Shown: piece after piece, positions 20,298-29,093 of the stretch | Layout of the letters: the number at the start of each line of letters is the position of its first letter | How positions within the stretch are numbered: the stretch's first letter is position 1 | DNA from: Nitrososphaeria archaeon | Lineage (GTDB): Archaea > Thermoproteota > Nitrososphaeria > JACIWG01 | Reading direction: 5' to 3' | Assembly (NCBI GenBank): GCA_050011875.1 | Contig: JBEKIG010000001.1 | Span: 64,001 to 128,000, forward strand | DNA: 64,000 nt | Position numbers and translations under genes: made by a program | Notes under the pieces: generated by a model | Seen by the model: the letters and a program-made list of their open reading frames with translations, nothing else | Told to the model about the DNA's origin: nothing | The model's database searches: none

Positions 20298-21734
20298 ATG
20301 AGCGGAAAGGTGGATAGCTTAAAATACAAACCCGTTACGCCAAACATTTTATCTAAACTGGAGGAAATAGTCGGCTCAGAGAATCTCTCTATAAGACCTG
20401 AAGAGCTGATCTGTTATGCGCGGGATTCGTCAATATTTGTTTACAAACCTGATGTCGTATTGAGACCTAGGACTACAGAGGAGGTGGCCGCTATCTTGAT
20501 GGTCGCCAATGAAAACCACATACCGGTGACACCTAGAAGTGGTGGGACGAGCGCCGCCGGATCGCCTCTAGCTGTTGGTAAGGGAATCCTTCTCGACATG
20601 TCAGGTATGACCAAGATTATTTCGATCAATATCGATAACCAGATGGTTGTAGTTGAACCCGGAGTCTTATGTGACAACCTGAACGAAGAACTTGCAAAGT
20701 CCGGTTTCTTCTTTCCTCCTGACCCGGCTAGCAGCCAAGCCTGCTCAATAGGAGGAATGGTCAACACAAATGCTTCAGGAAATAGGACAATAAAATATGG
20801 CCCGACTAGAGACTATGTCCTCTGGCTCGAAGTTGTTCTTCCTAATGGTAAAATAATTGAGACAGGTTCAAAAACACTCAAATCCGTATCGTCTTATGAT
20901 TTAACCAGACTATTTGTTGCCTCCGAAGGCTCCTTAGGCGTCGTCACTAAGGTTGCCTTGAAAGTTGTTCCTCTACCGGAAAGCTACTCTACAGCATTCT
21001 TCATTTACGAATCAGTTGACGCCTTAGCGCGCGCAGCCCTGAGAATTAGGAGAGCGGGCATGGTTCCGGAAATGCTTGAATTTATGAGCAGGGCGACGAC
21101 AAAAGTCACCTTCAACTACGTAGGCATAAAGAGCGTGCCAGACGGAAACTTTATGCTGCTGGACTTTGGAGGTGTTCGGGAAGCTGTAGGAGTGCTGTTA
21201 GAGAAGGGGGTGACGCTCTGCAGACAAGAGTCTCCTACCTATTTTGAAACAACAGTAGATCCAGTCTACAGACAGAGTCTTGTGAACGCTAGGAAGGCGG
21301 CCTTCCCTGCACTCGCTAGACTTAAGCCCACTACGGTTATGGAGGACTGTACCGTCCCCCCTACGAGGCTTCCGGAGGTGGCTTCAAGCATCGAAAAGAT
21401 ACCGGAAAAGATAGGTGTCGCTGGATTTGATTTAGGCAATTTCGGTCATATAGGAGACGGTAACATGCATCCAACATTTCTATTTGACTCAAGAATAGAG
21501 GAGCACCGAAAAGCTTTTCTTCGCGCCTTAGACATACTCTACGAGGAAATAGTTTTACCTGTAGGTGGAAGTGTAACAGGGGAGCATGGGATAGGCCTTA
21601 TAAGGGCCAAATATGTTGGCATCGAACATCCATCAACCGTGTCCCTAATGAGAGAATTGAAACGGTTCTTTGACCCAAATCTTATACTTAATCCGGGAAA
21701 GGGGAAGGGAGGCCCCTACCCTATAGATGCATGA
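20298..21734 (+). CDS. FAD-linked 2-hydroxyacid oxidoreductase (GlcD/D-lactate dehydrogenase family)
   Basis: PRSGGTS, FPPDPAS, SIGGMV, FGHIGDGNMHP, TGEHGIG, NPGK. Confidence 0.93.
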   Translation: MSGKVDSLKYKPVTPNILSKLEEIVGSENLSIRPEELICYARDSSIFVYKPDVVLRPRTTEEVAAILMVANENHIPVTPRSGGTSAAGSPLAVGKGILLDMSGMTKIISINIDNQMVVVEPGVLCDNLNEELAKSGFFFPPDPASSQACSIGGMVNTNASGNRTIKYGPTRDYVLWLEVVLPNGKIIETGSKTLKSVSSYDLTRLFVASEGSLGVVTKVALKVVPLPESYSTAFFIYESVDALARAALRIRRAGMVPEMLEFMSRATTKVTFNYVGIKSVPDGNFMLLDFGGVREAVGVLLEKGVTLCRQESPTYFETTVDPVYRQSLVNARKAAFPALARLKPTTVMEDCTVPPTRLPEVASSIEKIPEKIGVAGFDLGNFGHIGDGNMHPTFLFDSRIEEHRKAFLRALDILYEEIVLPVGGSVTGEHGIGLIRAKYVGIEHPSTVSLMRELKRFFDPNLILNPGKGKGGPYPIDA

Positions 21735-21746
21735 GATGATGACTAA

Positions 21747-22907
21747 ATGAACGAAAAACCGTATGTTCTGGAGGACTATCGCGAAGACGTCCAAATGTGC
21801 ATGTGCTGCGGCTTGTGCCGGAACCTGTGTTCAACTTCTGACCCGAATGACTGGGAAAGCAACAGTCCTAGAGGAAGAATCCAGATTATAAAAGCCCTAT
21901 TAGACGGGGAAATCCAGGCAAATTCATATATCGCCGACCGAATCTATGGCTGTGCGCTTTGTGGATACTGTCTTTGGCGATGCCCTTCAGGTGTGAGAAC
22001 AGCAGATGCTATAAAGGCGGCCAGGGCGGCTCTTATTGAAAACGGAAGTTACCCGAAAGGTTTGGATAAGTTAGAAGCTGACCTAGTTAAAGACCATAAC
22101 CCCTTTGGCCTATCAGATCTTTCAAGAACGGAATGGGTCAAGCTTATAGGCGCCCGGAATTCGGTCCCACTGAAAGACCAGGCGGAATATGTCTACTTTC
22201 CAGGCTGTAGTACAGCAATGACAAAAGCAGGGATGAAGGTAGCGGCAGCGACAACGTCAATATTGAATTCAGCGCATCTTGACTGGACGATCCTTGGAAA
22301 TGAAGAATGGTGCTGTGGAAGCCCCTTGATTCTTTCTGGTAAAGTTTCTTTTGCCAGAGAATTTGCAGATCATAATGTGAAAGCAGTTAAAAATGCGAAG
22401 GCAACAACGCTGGTTACAAACTGCGCGAAATGCTATCGTACGCTAAGCCAAGAATATCCAAGACTTTTAGGGGACTTAGGGTTCAAGGTCGTCCACATCT
22501 CACAACTCTTGGACAACCTCATCGCTGATGGAAGTCTAAAGCTCAAGGGAAAACTCCAATTAAAGGTAGCTTACCATGATCCCTGTGAACTGGGAAGATA
22601 CATGAAAATTTATGACCAACCGAGGCGCGTATTGAAGGCGATAGATGGTATAGAACTAAAAGAATTTCCAAGAAATAGAAATACATCCGCATGCTGTGGA
22701 GGCGGAGGCGTTCTAAGATATACTAACACCGAAATTGCCCTGAAATTGGGGATCAAAAGATTAAGCGAAATTATGAATTCGGGAGTTGAAGCAATTGTTT
22801 CAGCCTGTCCCACATGCGAAATCAACCTCTCCGATGCAGCAGCTAAAGCACGACCTGGACTTAGGGTACTTGACATAACAGAAGTTGTAGCAGATGTTCT
22901 AGATTAA
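21747..22907 (+). CDS. Fe-S oxidoreductase, GlcF/HdrD-like (2x4Fe-4S plus CCG domains)
   Basis: CMCCGLCRNLC, CALCGYCLWRCP, YFPGC, two CCG motifs, YHDPC; 12 nt downstream of GlcD-like gene. Confidence 0.92.
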   Translation: MNEKPYVLEDYREDVQMCMCCGLCRNLCSTSDPNDWESNSPRGRIQIIKALLDGEIQANSYIADRIYGCALCGYCLWRCPSGVRTADAIKAARAALIENGSYPKGLDKLEADLVKDHNPFGLSDLSRTEWVKLIGARNSVPLKDQAEYVYFPGCSTAMTKAGMKVAAATTSILNSAHLDWTILGNEEWCCGSPLILSGKVSFAREFADHNVKAVKNAKATTLVTNCAKCYRTLSQEYPRLLGDLGFKVVHISQLLDNLIADGSLKLKGKLQLKVAYHDPCELGRYMKIYDQPRRVLKAIDGIELKEFPRNRNTSACCGGGGVLRYTNTEIALKLGIKRLSEIMNSGVEAIVSACPTCEINLSDAAAKARPGLRVLDITEVVADVLD

Positions 22908-23043
22908 AGTGAATATGGAACTAACATAACGCAAATCTCTTACACCTTACGTCATTTTACACGCCAATTGCCAACACAAAGTCTTTGGTACTTTTGAGTC
23001 TAGATGGTCCGTTTAGTGATCAACTTTAAAAAGTAGATGGCCG

Positions 23044-23721
23044 TCAATTCTTTTCTAAGGTATCCCCATCTTCAACTGATACTTTAAGAAATTCGTCCAG
23101 TCTCCCATCTGCTTCGCTGATAAAGGACTTTAGCATGTCGCATGAGACAATAGGAACACCGTTAAAGTACTTCTGGTTGGAGGGAAATAGTGTTACGATA
23201 ACCGGAACTAGCACTGTTCCCTTCTTCAAATTTTTATCGCAAGACAGAATAATCTTTGCCCTTGCTATTTGCTTAATCACAGCAGAATTCAGATTAGATG
23301 CGCTGAGAATTTTGTGCCACTGTTTGCAGTCAATAAGTAGCCCATATGAATTTCTTAATGCAAGAATATCGACCTCAATTCTTGGTCTCTTAAGCCTATA
23401 GTTCTTAAAAGTCTTATACCCAAACTCGGAAAAAATCATTTCGACGAAGTTCTCAAAATCCTGCCATCTAATAATGTTGAATACCTCATTGAAAGACGCG
23501 CCTCCCTTTATCGCCTGAATAGCCAAGGAGATAATCGCTCCCTCCTTAGCCACAAAATTCTCCTTACGATCTTCTAAGAAGCCTTGTTCAATAAGTATAC
23601 CCATTACTTCAGACACTGTCTGGTATGGCACACCAGTCTCCTTCGAAATATCGTCTATTGAAAAAGATTCTTTTCTCAAATAAGGTAGTATCTTCAGAAG
23701 AGTCTTGGAATTCATGCACAA
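23044..23721 (-). CDS. wHTH plus PD-(D/E)xK restriction-endonuclease-like protein
   Basis: N-terminal HTH-like segment; WQDFENFV, EVDILA, IDCKQW. Confidence 0.75.
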   Translation of the reverse strand: MCMNSKTLLKILPYLRKESFSIDDISKETGVPYQTVSEVMGILIEQGFLEDRKENFVAKEGAIISLAIQAIKGGASFNEVFNIIRWQDFENFVEMIFSEFGYKTFKNYRLKRPRIEVDILALRNSYGLLIDCKQWHKILSASNLNSAVIKQIARAKIILSCDKNLKKGTVLVPVIVTLFPSNQKYFNGVPIVSCDMLKSFISEADGRLDEFLKVSVEDGDTLEKN

Positions 23722-23829
23722 GCAAGTAACTTCCGTTCTGTTTTAATATATTCCTTTAGTTTTTGAAACTTGCACCCACTTCCTTACTATTATAGTGTTA
23801 GCCTTCACATCATCACCATCAAAGAATAT

Positions 23830-24195
23830 TCATAATTCTAAATACTTTGAAAGAAAATAATTAAAAAAACCGTCCATTTTATGAGGCTTCAGGTTAAATT
23901 TTCTCCTCATCATAGAATTGGAGGCATATCTAGCTCCACAGCTTATAGCTATTATTTGATTTTTAGTTAGCTCGTCAAACAATTTCCTTTTTAGGACTCC
24001 CTTTTCCCTGTCAAGTTCAAATCGCTTGTTATTTAGTGTATTTAATTCATCTTCCAGGGATACCTCATCATTCCTTTCCTTATCTAAGATGTTTTTGAGA
24101 TATCCAACTGTTAATTTTTCATATGTAATACCTAGTTTTCGCGATTTTTCTAATATATAAGGAGGAATAGCCAAATCTTTAGACTCGCTTTCCAA
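23830..24195 (-). CDS. Hypothetical coiled-coil protein
   Basis: 121-aa ORF co-oriented and tightly spaced with upstream genes; charged heptads. Confidence 0.55.
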   Translation of the reverse strand: MESESKDLAIPPYILEKSRKLGITYEKLTVGYLKNILDKERNDEVSLEDELNTLNNKRFELDREKGVLKRKLFDELTKNQIIAISCGARYASNSMMRRKFNLKPHKMDGFFNYFLSKYLEL

Positions 24196-24200
24196 TTACC

Positions 24201-24488
24201 TTATCTTCCTCCCTGATCAGACTCTATCATCTCTTCTTCAGTAGCCAGTTCATTTAGGATGTCTATGACCTTTTGGCGATCTTCAAGCGTCATCGTTATT
24301 TTATGCCTGAGCTCATCTATCTCCTTTAATTCAGATGTTATATCCCTTTTATTAAATGAGTTTATTCGCTTAACTAGGCTCTCTTTAAGCGTCCTTATAT
24401 CCTCGAGTTGATTAAGTAACTGATTTATTTCATACCATTTACTACCAGAAGTCAAGGCTTCTGATCGCCCGCGGCATATAGTAAGCAC
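24201..24488 (-). CDS. Hypothetical coiled-coil protein
   Basis: Charged helical ORF overlapping the oppF stop region; true start uncertain. Confidence 0.5.
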   Translation of the reverse strand: MLTICRGRSEALTSGSKWYEINQLLNQLEDIRTLKESLVKRINSFNKRDITSELKEIDELRHKITMTLEDRQKVIDILNELATEEEMIESDQGGR

Positions 24489-25735
24489 GAAACCAGCCTT
24501 CCATCATGCTTATACATTTTAGGTACCTGATATTGCTTGATCTTTAGCTCCGCACCGTTTTCGTATTTCTCCACCCTGTCGATCGCCATCAAGCTCTTCA
24601 TTCTTCCCTTTTCAAGATTTATAATCTCTACTAATTTTTTTTCATCCGCTTTACTTACTATCAAGCTGTTGTTTGTGCTGATGGATACGACGGTCTCATC
24701 GCTGAATTTATCTGCGTATTTATCATAAACTAAAAATATCATATCGACCATTATCTCATCAGTTGTCCATCCGCATATATCAAAGGCCATCGGACACCGA
24801 GGATGAAAGACACAACCAGATGGGGGGTCAACTAGGTTAGGTGTATCTCCCTTTAATATTATTCTGTTTGATTTTATCATCTTGCCAGGAACAGCCGATA
24901 TTAGCGCTATAGTATATGGATGAACTGGGTTCAATATGATGTCCCTCTTGGGGCCACTTTCTACTATCTTTCCCGCATACATGACATTTACCTGATCTGA
25001 CATATATGATATTACAGCTATATTATGGGTTATAATGAGCATCCCTATGTTGTACTTTTCCCTGATCCCGCGCAGAAGGGTTAAAATCTGAGCTTGCACT
25101 GATACATCTAGGGCACTGCTGGGCTCATCCAGCACAATGAACTTCGGTAGAGTCGCTATCCCTCTCGCGATCGCTACCCTCTGCTTTTGACCACCTGAAA
25201 GTTCATGAGGATATCTATATGCAAAATCTTTAGGTAATCCCACTTCATCTAGCAACTGCATGCATCTATCAAACGCTGCGTCGGAATCCATATAGCCGGT
25301 GGCTTGAATTGGCTCCTTTATAACATCCAAGACGTTTAATCGTGGATCTAATGATGAATACGGGTCCTGAAATATGATATTCATATCCTTTCTCATCTCC
25401 CTTAGTTTCTTTCCCTTTTTCAGGAAAATTGAATAATCTTTTTCTATTGCTGCAGCTCGATCGAGTTCTCCATTTTCGATGTAAAAATCGTACTTGGCGA
25501 GGACGTCATCGGATATATTAAATAAGACCACACCATCAGTTGGTTCGAGCAATCTGAGGAGCAATCGTCCCAGCGTACTTTTACCTGAACCGCTTTCGCC
25601 CACCACTCCAACGATCTCGCCCTCCTTGACCTGTATATCGACACCATCTACCGCCTTAAGCCTGAGAGGTTTTCCGAAAACACTATTTCCCTTGATCTCA
25701 AAGTGCTTTACCAGCTTCCTAGCGGCTATTATCAT
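24452..25735 (-). CDS. oppF: Oligo/dipeptide ABC transporter ATPase (OppF/DppF) with insertions
   Basis: Walker A GESGSGKS, FQDPYSSL, LSGGQKQR, HPYT, CVFHPRCP. Confidence 0.92.
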   Translation of the reverse strand: MIIAARKLVKHFEIKGNSVFGKPLRLKAVDGVDIQVKEGEIVGVVGESGSGKSTLGRLLLRLLEPTDGVVLFNISDDVLAKYDFYIENGELDRAAAIEKDYSIFLKKGKKLREMRKDMNIIFQDPYSSLDPRLNVLDVIKEPIQATGYMDSDAAFDRCMQLLDEVGLPKDFAYRYPHELSGGQKQRVAIARGIATLPKFIVLDEPSSALDVSVQAQILTLLRGIREKYNIGMLIITHNIAVISYMSDQVNVMYAGKIVESGPKRDIILNPVHPYTIALISAVPGKMIKSNRIILKGDTPNLVDPPSGCVFHPRCPMAFDICGWTTDEIMVDMIFLVYDKYADKFSDETVVSISTNNSLIVSKADEKKLVEIINLEKGRMKSLMAIDRVEKYENGAELKIKQYQVPKMYKHDGRLVSCLLYAAGDQKP

Positions 25736-25737
25736 TT

Positions 25738-27090
25738 TTAATCGCCATAAAGATAACAGGCTACTGAATGATCCTGTTCGACTTCCCCCAGATGTGGGTT
25801 TACTATTTTACACTTTTCCATTACGTAAGGACACCGGGGGTTAAACATACACCCATCCGGCGGATCTCTCATATCTGGAACTGCGCCGCTTATGCCCTTT
25901 ATTTCGGTCGTTTGAAAAGTTGGCACGGCAGATATTAGCATAGTGGTATATGGATGAAGCGGTTTCTTGAATATCATGTCAGTTTCCGCCACCTCAACTA
26001 TCCTACCTCCATACATTATGGCTATCCTATCGCACACCTCAGAGAGTACAGAGAGATCGTGTGATATTAGGATGAAGGATGTGTTGAACCGCTGCTTCAA
26101 GTGTCTCATTAATTCTAAAATCTGAGCCTGTACGGTGACATCTAGGGCACTGGTTGGCTCGTCCATTATGACCAGCTCCGGGTTGTTTGCAAGCGCGATA
26201 GCTATTATTATCCTCTGTCTCATCCCACCCGATAGCTCATGGGGGTACATTTTCACAACTTCCTCAGGGTTGGGAACCTCCAACGTTGAAATGAGTTCCA
26301 CCGCTTTCCTGTATCCCTCTTTGAACAGGATTGACTTTGGCAGCCTGCTCAAACCTGGTATCTTCATCCAACCACCCATGCCCCTTCGATCCTTTACTCC
26401 GTTTAGGATAGCCCTTTCAAAACTACCAAGCTTAGTGGATCGAAGTGAAACGATCATTTTTTCCTTCTTAGCTTCACCAAGGTCGCTTCTACTCCAAATA
26501 TTCAGAACCTGTTCTTCTATCCCTTGTAACCCCTTGGACTCAGTGAAAACTCTGATCGCTTTCTCATCTGCCCCATTCTTCAGTAGTTCAAGCATGTCCC
26601 TCAAATCGATATCCGTTACCCTTGATCTAGCGAGCTTCCGTTTAGCGAGCATCTCTGGCTGATGGGTTACAAGTGTCTCAGATATTTGAAAACCTATCCG
26701 TAGGACAGGGTTGAGGCTTGTCATTGGATCTTGGAAGACCATGGAAATCATGCTACCGCGTATGCTGGCCAGTTGTTGGTTCAACTTTTTTATAATGTTT
26801 TCACTTTTTCTGAAATTGAATTTTTTAGAATTTCTTGAAGCGTATTCCCTCAATGGGGCTATTAAATCGCGGCCATTAATCAAGACCTCTCCTTCAATGA
26901 TGGCCGCGTTTCTGGGCACGAGCCCTATGATGGCCAAGCCCAAAGTTGTTTTACCACACCCGCTCTCTCCAGCTAGACCTAATATCTCCCCTTTCTTTAG
27001 TTGGAGGTCTACGCCGTTAAGGGCTTTATATATCCCTCTTCTAGTATAGAATTGCTCTTTAATATTTAGAACGTTTAATGTATATTCCAA
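25738..27090 (-). CDS. oppD: Oligo/dipeptide ABC transporter ATPase (OppD/DppD) with large internal insertion
   Basis: GESGCGKT, FQDPMTSLNP, LSGGMRQR, HPYT, CMFNPRCP..C..VAC. Confidence 0.92.
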   Translation of the reverse strand: MEYTLNVLNIKEQFYTRRGIYKALNGVDLQLKKGEILGLAGESGCGKTTLGLAIIGLVPRNAAIIEGEVLINGRDLIAPLREYASRNSKKFNFRKSENIIKKLNQQLASIRGSMISMVFQDPMTSLNPVLRIGFQISETLVTHQPEMLAKRKLARSRVTDIDLRDMLELLKNGADEKAIRVFTESKGLQGIEEQVLNIWSRSDLGEAKKEKMIVSLRSTKLGSFERAILNGVKDRRGMGGWMKIPGLSRLPKSILFKEGYRKAVELISTLEVPNPEEVVKMYPHELSGGMRQRIIIAIALANNPELVIMDEPTSALDVTVQAQILELMRHLKQRFNTSFILISHDLSVLSEVCDRIAIMYGGRIVEVAETDMIFKKPLHPYTTMLISAVPTFQTTEIKGISGAVPDMRDPPDGCMFNPRCPYVMEKCKIVNPHLGEVEQDHSVACYLYGD

Positions 27091-27091
27091 A

Positions 27092-27994
27092 TCAGCTCCT
27101 CCTCCTCGGGTCTATTACGTCCCTCAACCCATCGCCTAATAGGTTAACGGCCAACGCAAAAATAGTAATAACGACCCCTGGAAAGATGACGGCCCAAGGA
27201 GCAATCTGAACGTAGTTGAGACCCAGACTAGTCAGGTAACCCAGTTCAGGCACACTTGCATTTGTTATAAATCCTATGAATGCGAGTGTGGAGAAGATCA
27301 CCATTATGGCTCCCAAGTCCAATGAGATTTGTATAAAAACTGGCGGCAACGAGTTCGGCAATATATGTCTGAATATTATCTTGATCCTGCTAACTCCAGA
27401 TGCCCTTGCAGCTTCAACAAATGTGAATTCCTTGGTAGACAGAGTTGTGCTCCTCGTGTATCTCGCATATATAGGCCACCAGACCAGGGCAAGCGTTAGT
27501 GACATATTCATTAAGGTTCTTCCCAAAATAAACCCTATAGCGAGGGCTAGTATGAGATATGGAATACTGAAGAATATATCGGTTATCCTCATTACTATTT
27601 CATCCATCATACCGCCTATCGCAGCTGAAATAACTCCAATTACTGAACCCACTACAGCGCCCACGCCCACTACTAAGAAGGAATAGAAAAGATCTATCCT
27701 TATAGCCTTTAACGTGCTCGTATATAAATCCACGCCAGGGTACGTGGTGCCAAATGGATGCTGCCATGAAGGTGCAGTAGGAACCGGGTTCAAGAAGTTG
27801 GGGACTAGAGTGTTGGCGTAAGTTATACCTAGCAGCCCTGGATCAATCTGCATAATAAAAGCATCAGCCAGATATACAAGCACTATGATAAGGCCCACCA
27901 CCGCTGCCGTGTTGGCAAAAAATACGCTGAACGACAGTTTGATATTATCCCACCTCCGCGTGTTAACCGTTCCCCCAGACGTTTTCTTTGACAT
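27092..27994 (-). CDS. oppC: Oligo/dipeptide ABC transporter permease (OppC/DppC)
   Basis: HPFGT, MRITDIFFSIP, EAARASG, RHILPN, GDGLRDVIDP. Confidence 0.94.
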   Translation of the reverse strand: MSKKTSGGTVNTRRWDNIKLSFSVFFANTAAVVGLIIVLVYLADAFIMQIDPGLLGITYANTLVPNFLNPVPTAPSWQHPFGTTYPGVDLYTSTLKAIRIDLFYSFLVVGVGAVVGSVIGVISAAIGGMMDEIVMRITDIFFSIPYLILALAIGFILGRTLMNMSLTLALVWWPIYARYTRSTTLSTKEFTFVEAARASGVSRIKIIFRHILPNSLPPVFIQISLDLGAIMVIFSTLAFIGFITNASVPELGYLTSLGLNYVQIAPWAVIFPGVVITIFALAVNLLGDGLRDVIDPRRRS

Positions 27995-27997
27995 TTT

Positions 27998-29053
27998 TTA
28001 ATATCTAATCCTCGGATCTATAAAAGCGTATATAACGTCGACAACCAAGTTAGCTGCCACTAATATTAAACCGAAAAGTAAAGTAGATGCCATTATCCCG
28101 CCCACATCGCTGTTTAGAAACGCCTGAGTAGTCCAATATCCAATTCCAGGATAACTGAATATTGTTTCCACTACAACAGCACCTCCAAGGAGCCCAGCCA
28201 CTGTTAGCCCAAAGAGAGTTATCATCGGTAGAAGGGCGTTCTTTTGAGCATGAATGTTATTTACAGTTCTCTCTGGTAGACCCTTTGACCTCGCCAGTCT
28301 TATATAGTCTTGATCAAGCACCTCCAGCATAGAGGACCTAAGTATCCTGATTATACTGGCTACTATAGCCAGCGCAAGTGTAAGTGCGGGAAGGATAAAG
28401 TGAAGGAACGCATCAAAAGCGACTCCCCACGCGCCATGAATTAAGGCGTCTATTAAAATTACGTGAGTAGGATAAGAAATTCCGTTTATATACCATGAAA
28501 AAGAAGAAACCAGTGTGGGGGATACAACGCCTGAGAATGGCAGTACCTTAAAATAAACTCCCAACACAATTATGAGGGCAATACCTATCAAATAGATGGG
28601 CATTGCGTAAAGAGTAAATGAACCAACCCGCAGTATGTGATCAGCGGCTGAATCCCTGCTAACTGCTGAATAAATCCCTAAAGGGACGCCTATTATCCAT
28701 ATTAATATCGCTGCAGCTACGGTTAGCACCACCGTATTAGGAAGAAAGAGCTCTATCGCAGCAGTTACTTGGCCGCTGAAGACTGGGGTGTTTGTAAACC
28801 CCCAATTACCCTCCAATACTTGCAAAAGCCAGTAAAAATACTGAACGTATATAGGCTGATTAAGATGGAACTCCGCTGTAAGCTTCTGGACAAGCAGCTG
28901 CCTTGCTGTTCCCGTCAACCTAGGATTGAGATATGTAGCTAGTAATATATTATTCCCACTAAAATGCGAAAGGATAAAAACCAAAAGGGTTAAGCCTAAA
29001 AGCGTCGGTATAAGGAGCAACAATCTCCTGATGATGTAGGCCCATATGTTCAT
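27998..29053 (-). CDS. oppB: Oligo/dipeptide ABC transporter permease (OppB/DppB)
   Basis: YIIRRLL, RSSMLEVL, ARSKGL, ETIFSYPGIG, DPRIRY. Confidence 0.94.
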   Translation of the reverse strand: MNIWAYIIRRLLLLIPTLLGLTLLVFILSHFSGNNILLATYLNPRLTGTARQLLVQKLTAEFHLNQPIYVQYFYWLLQVLEGNWGFTNTPVFSGQVTAAIELFLPNTVVLTVAAAILIWIIGVPLGIYSAVSRDSAADHILRVGSFTLYAMPIYLIGIALIIVLGVYFKVLPFSGVVSPTLVSSFSWYINGISYPTHVILIDALIHGAWGVAFDAFLHFILPALTLALAIVASIIRILRSSMLEVLDQDYIRLARSKGLPERTVNNIHAQKNALLPMITLFGLTVAGLLGGAVVVETIFSYPGIGYWTTQAFLNSDVGGIMASTLLFGLILVAANLVVDVIYAFIDPRIRY

Positions 29054-29093
29054 AATTAATCATCCCTAAAAAAATGGAAGTGTTGGTGGTGTA

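Noticed and set aside
23743-23832. 28 open codons after the TGA of ORF 23830..24195 (selenocysteine read-through)
   Set aside because: No redox motif context or SECIS-like element; expected by chance
26320-26655. OppD insertion as an intein
   Set aside because: No Cys/Ser start with His-Asn end and no LAGLIDADG motif
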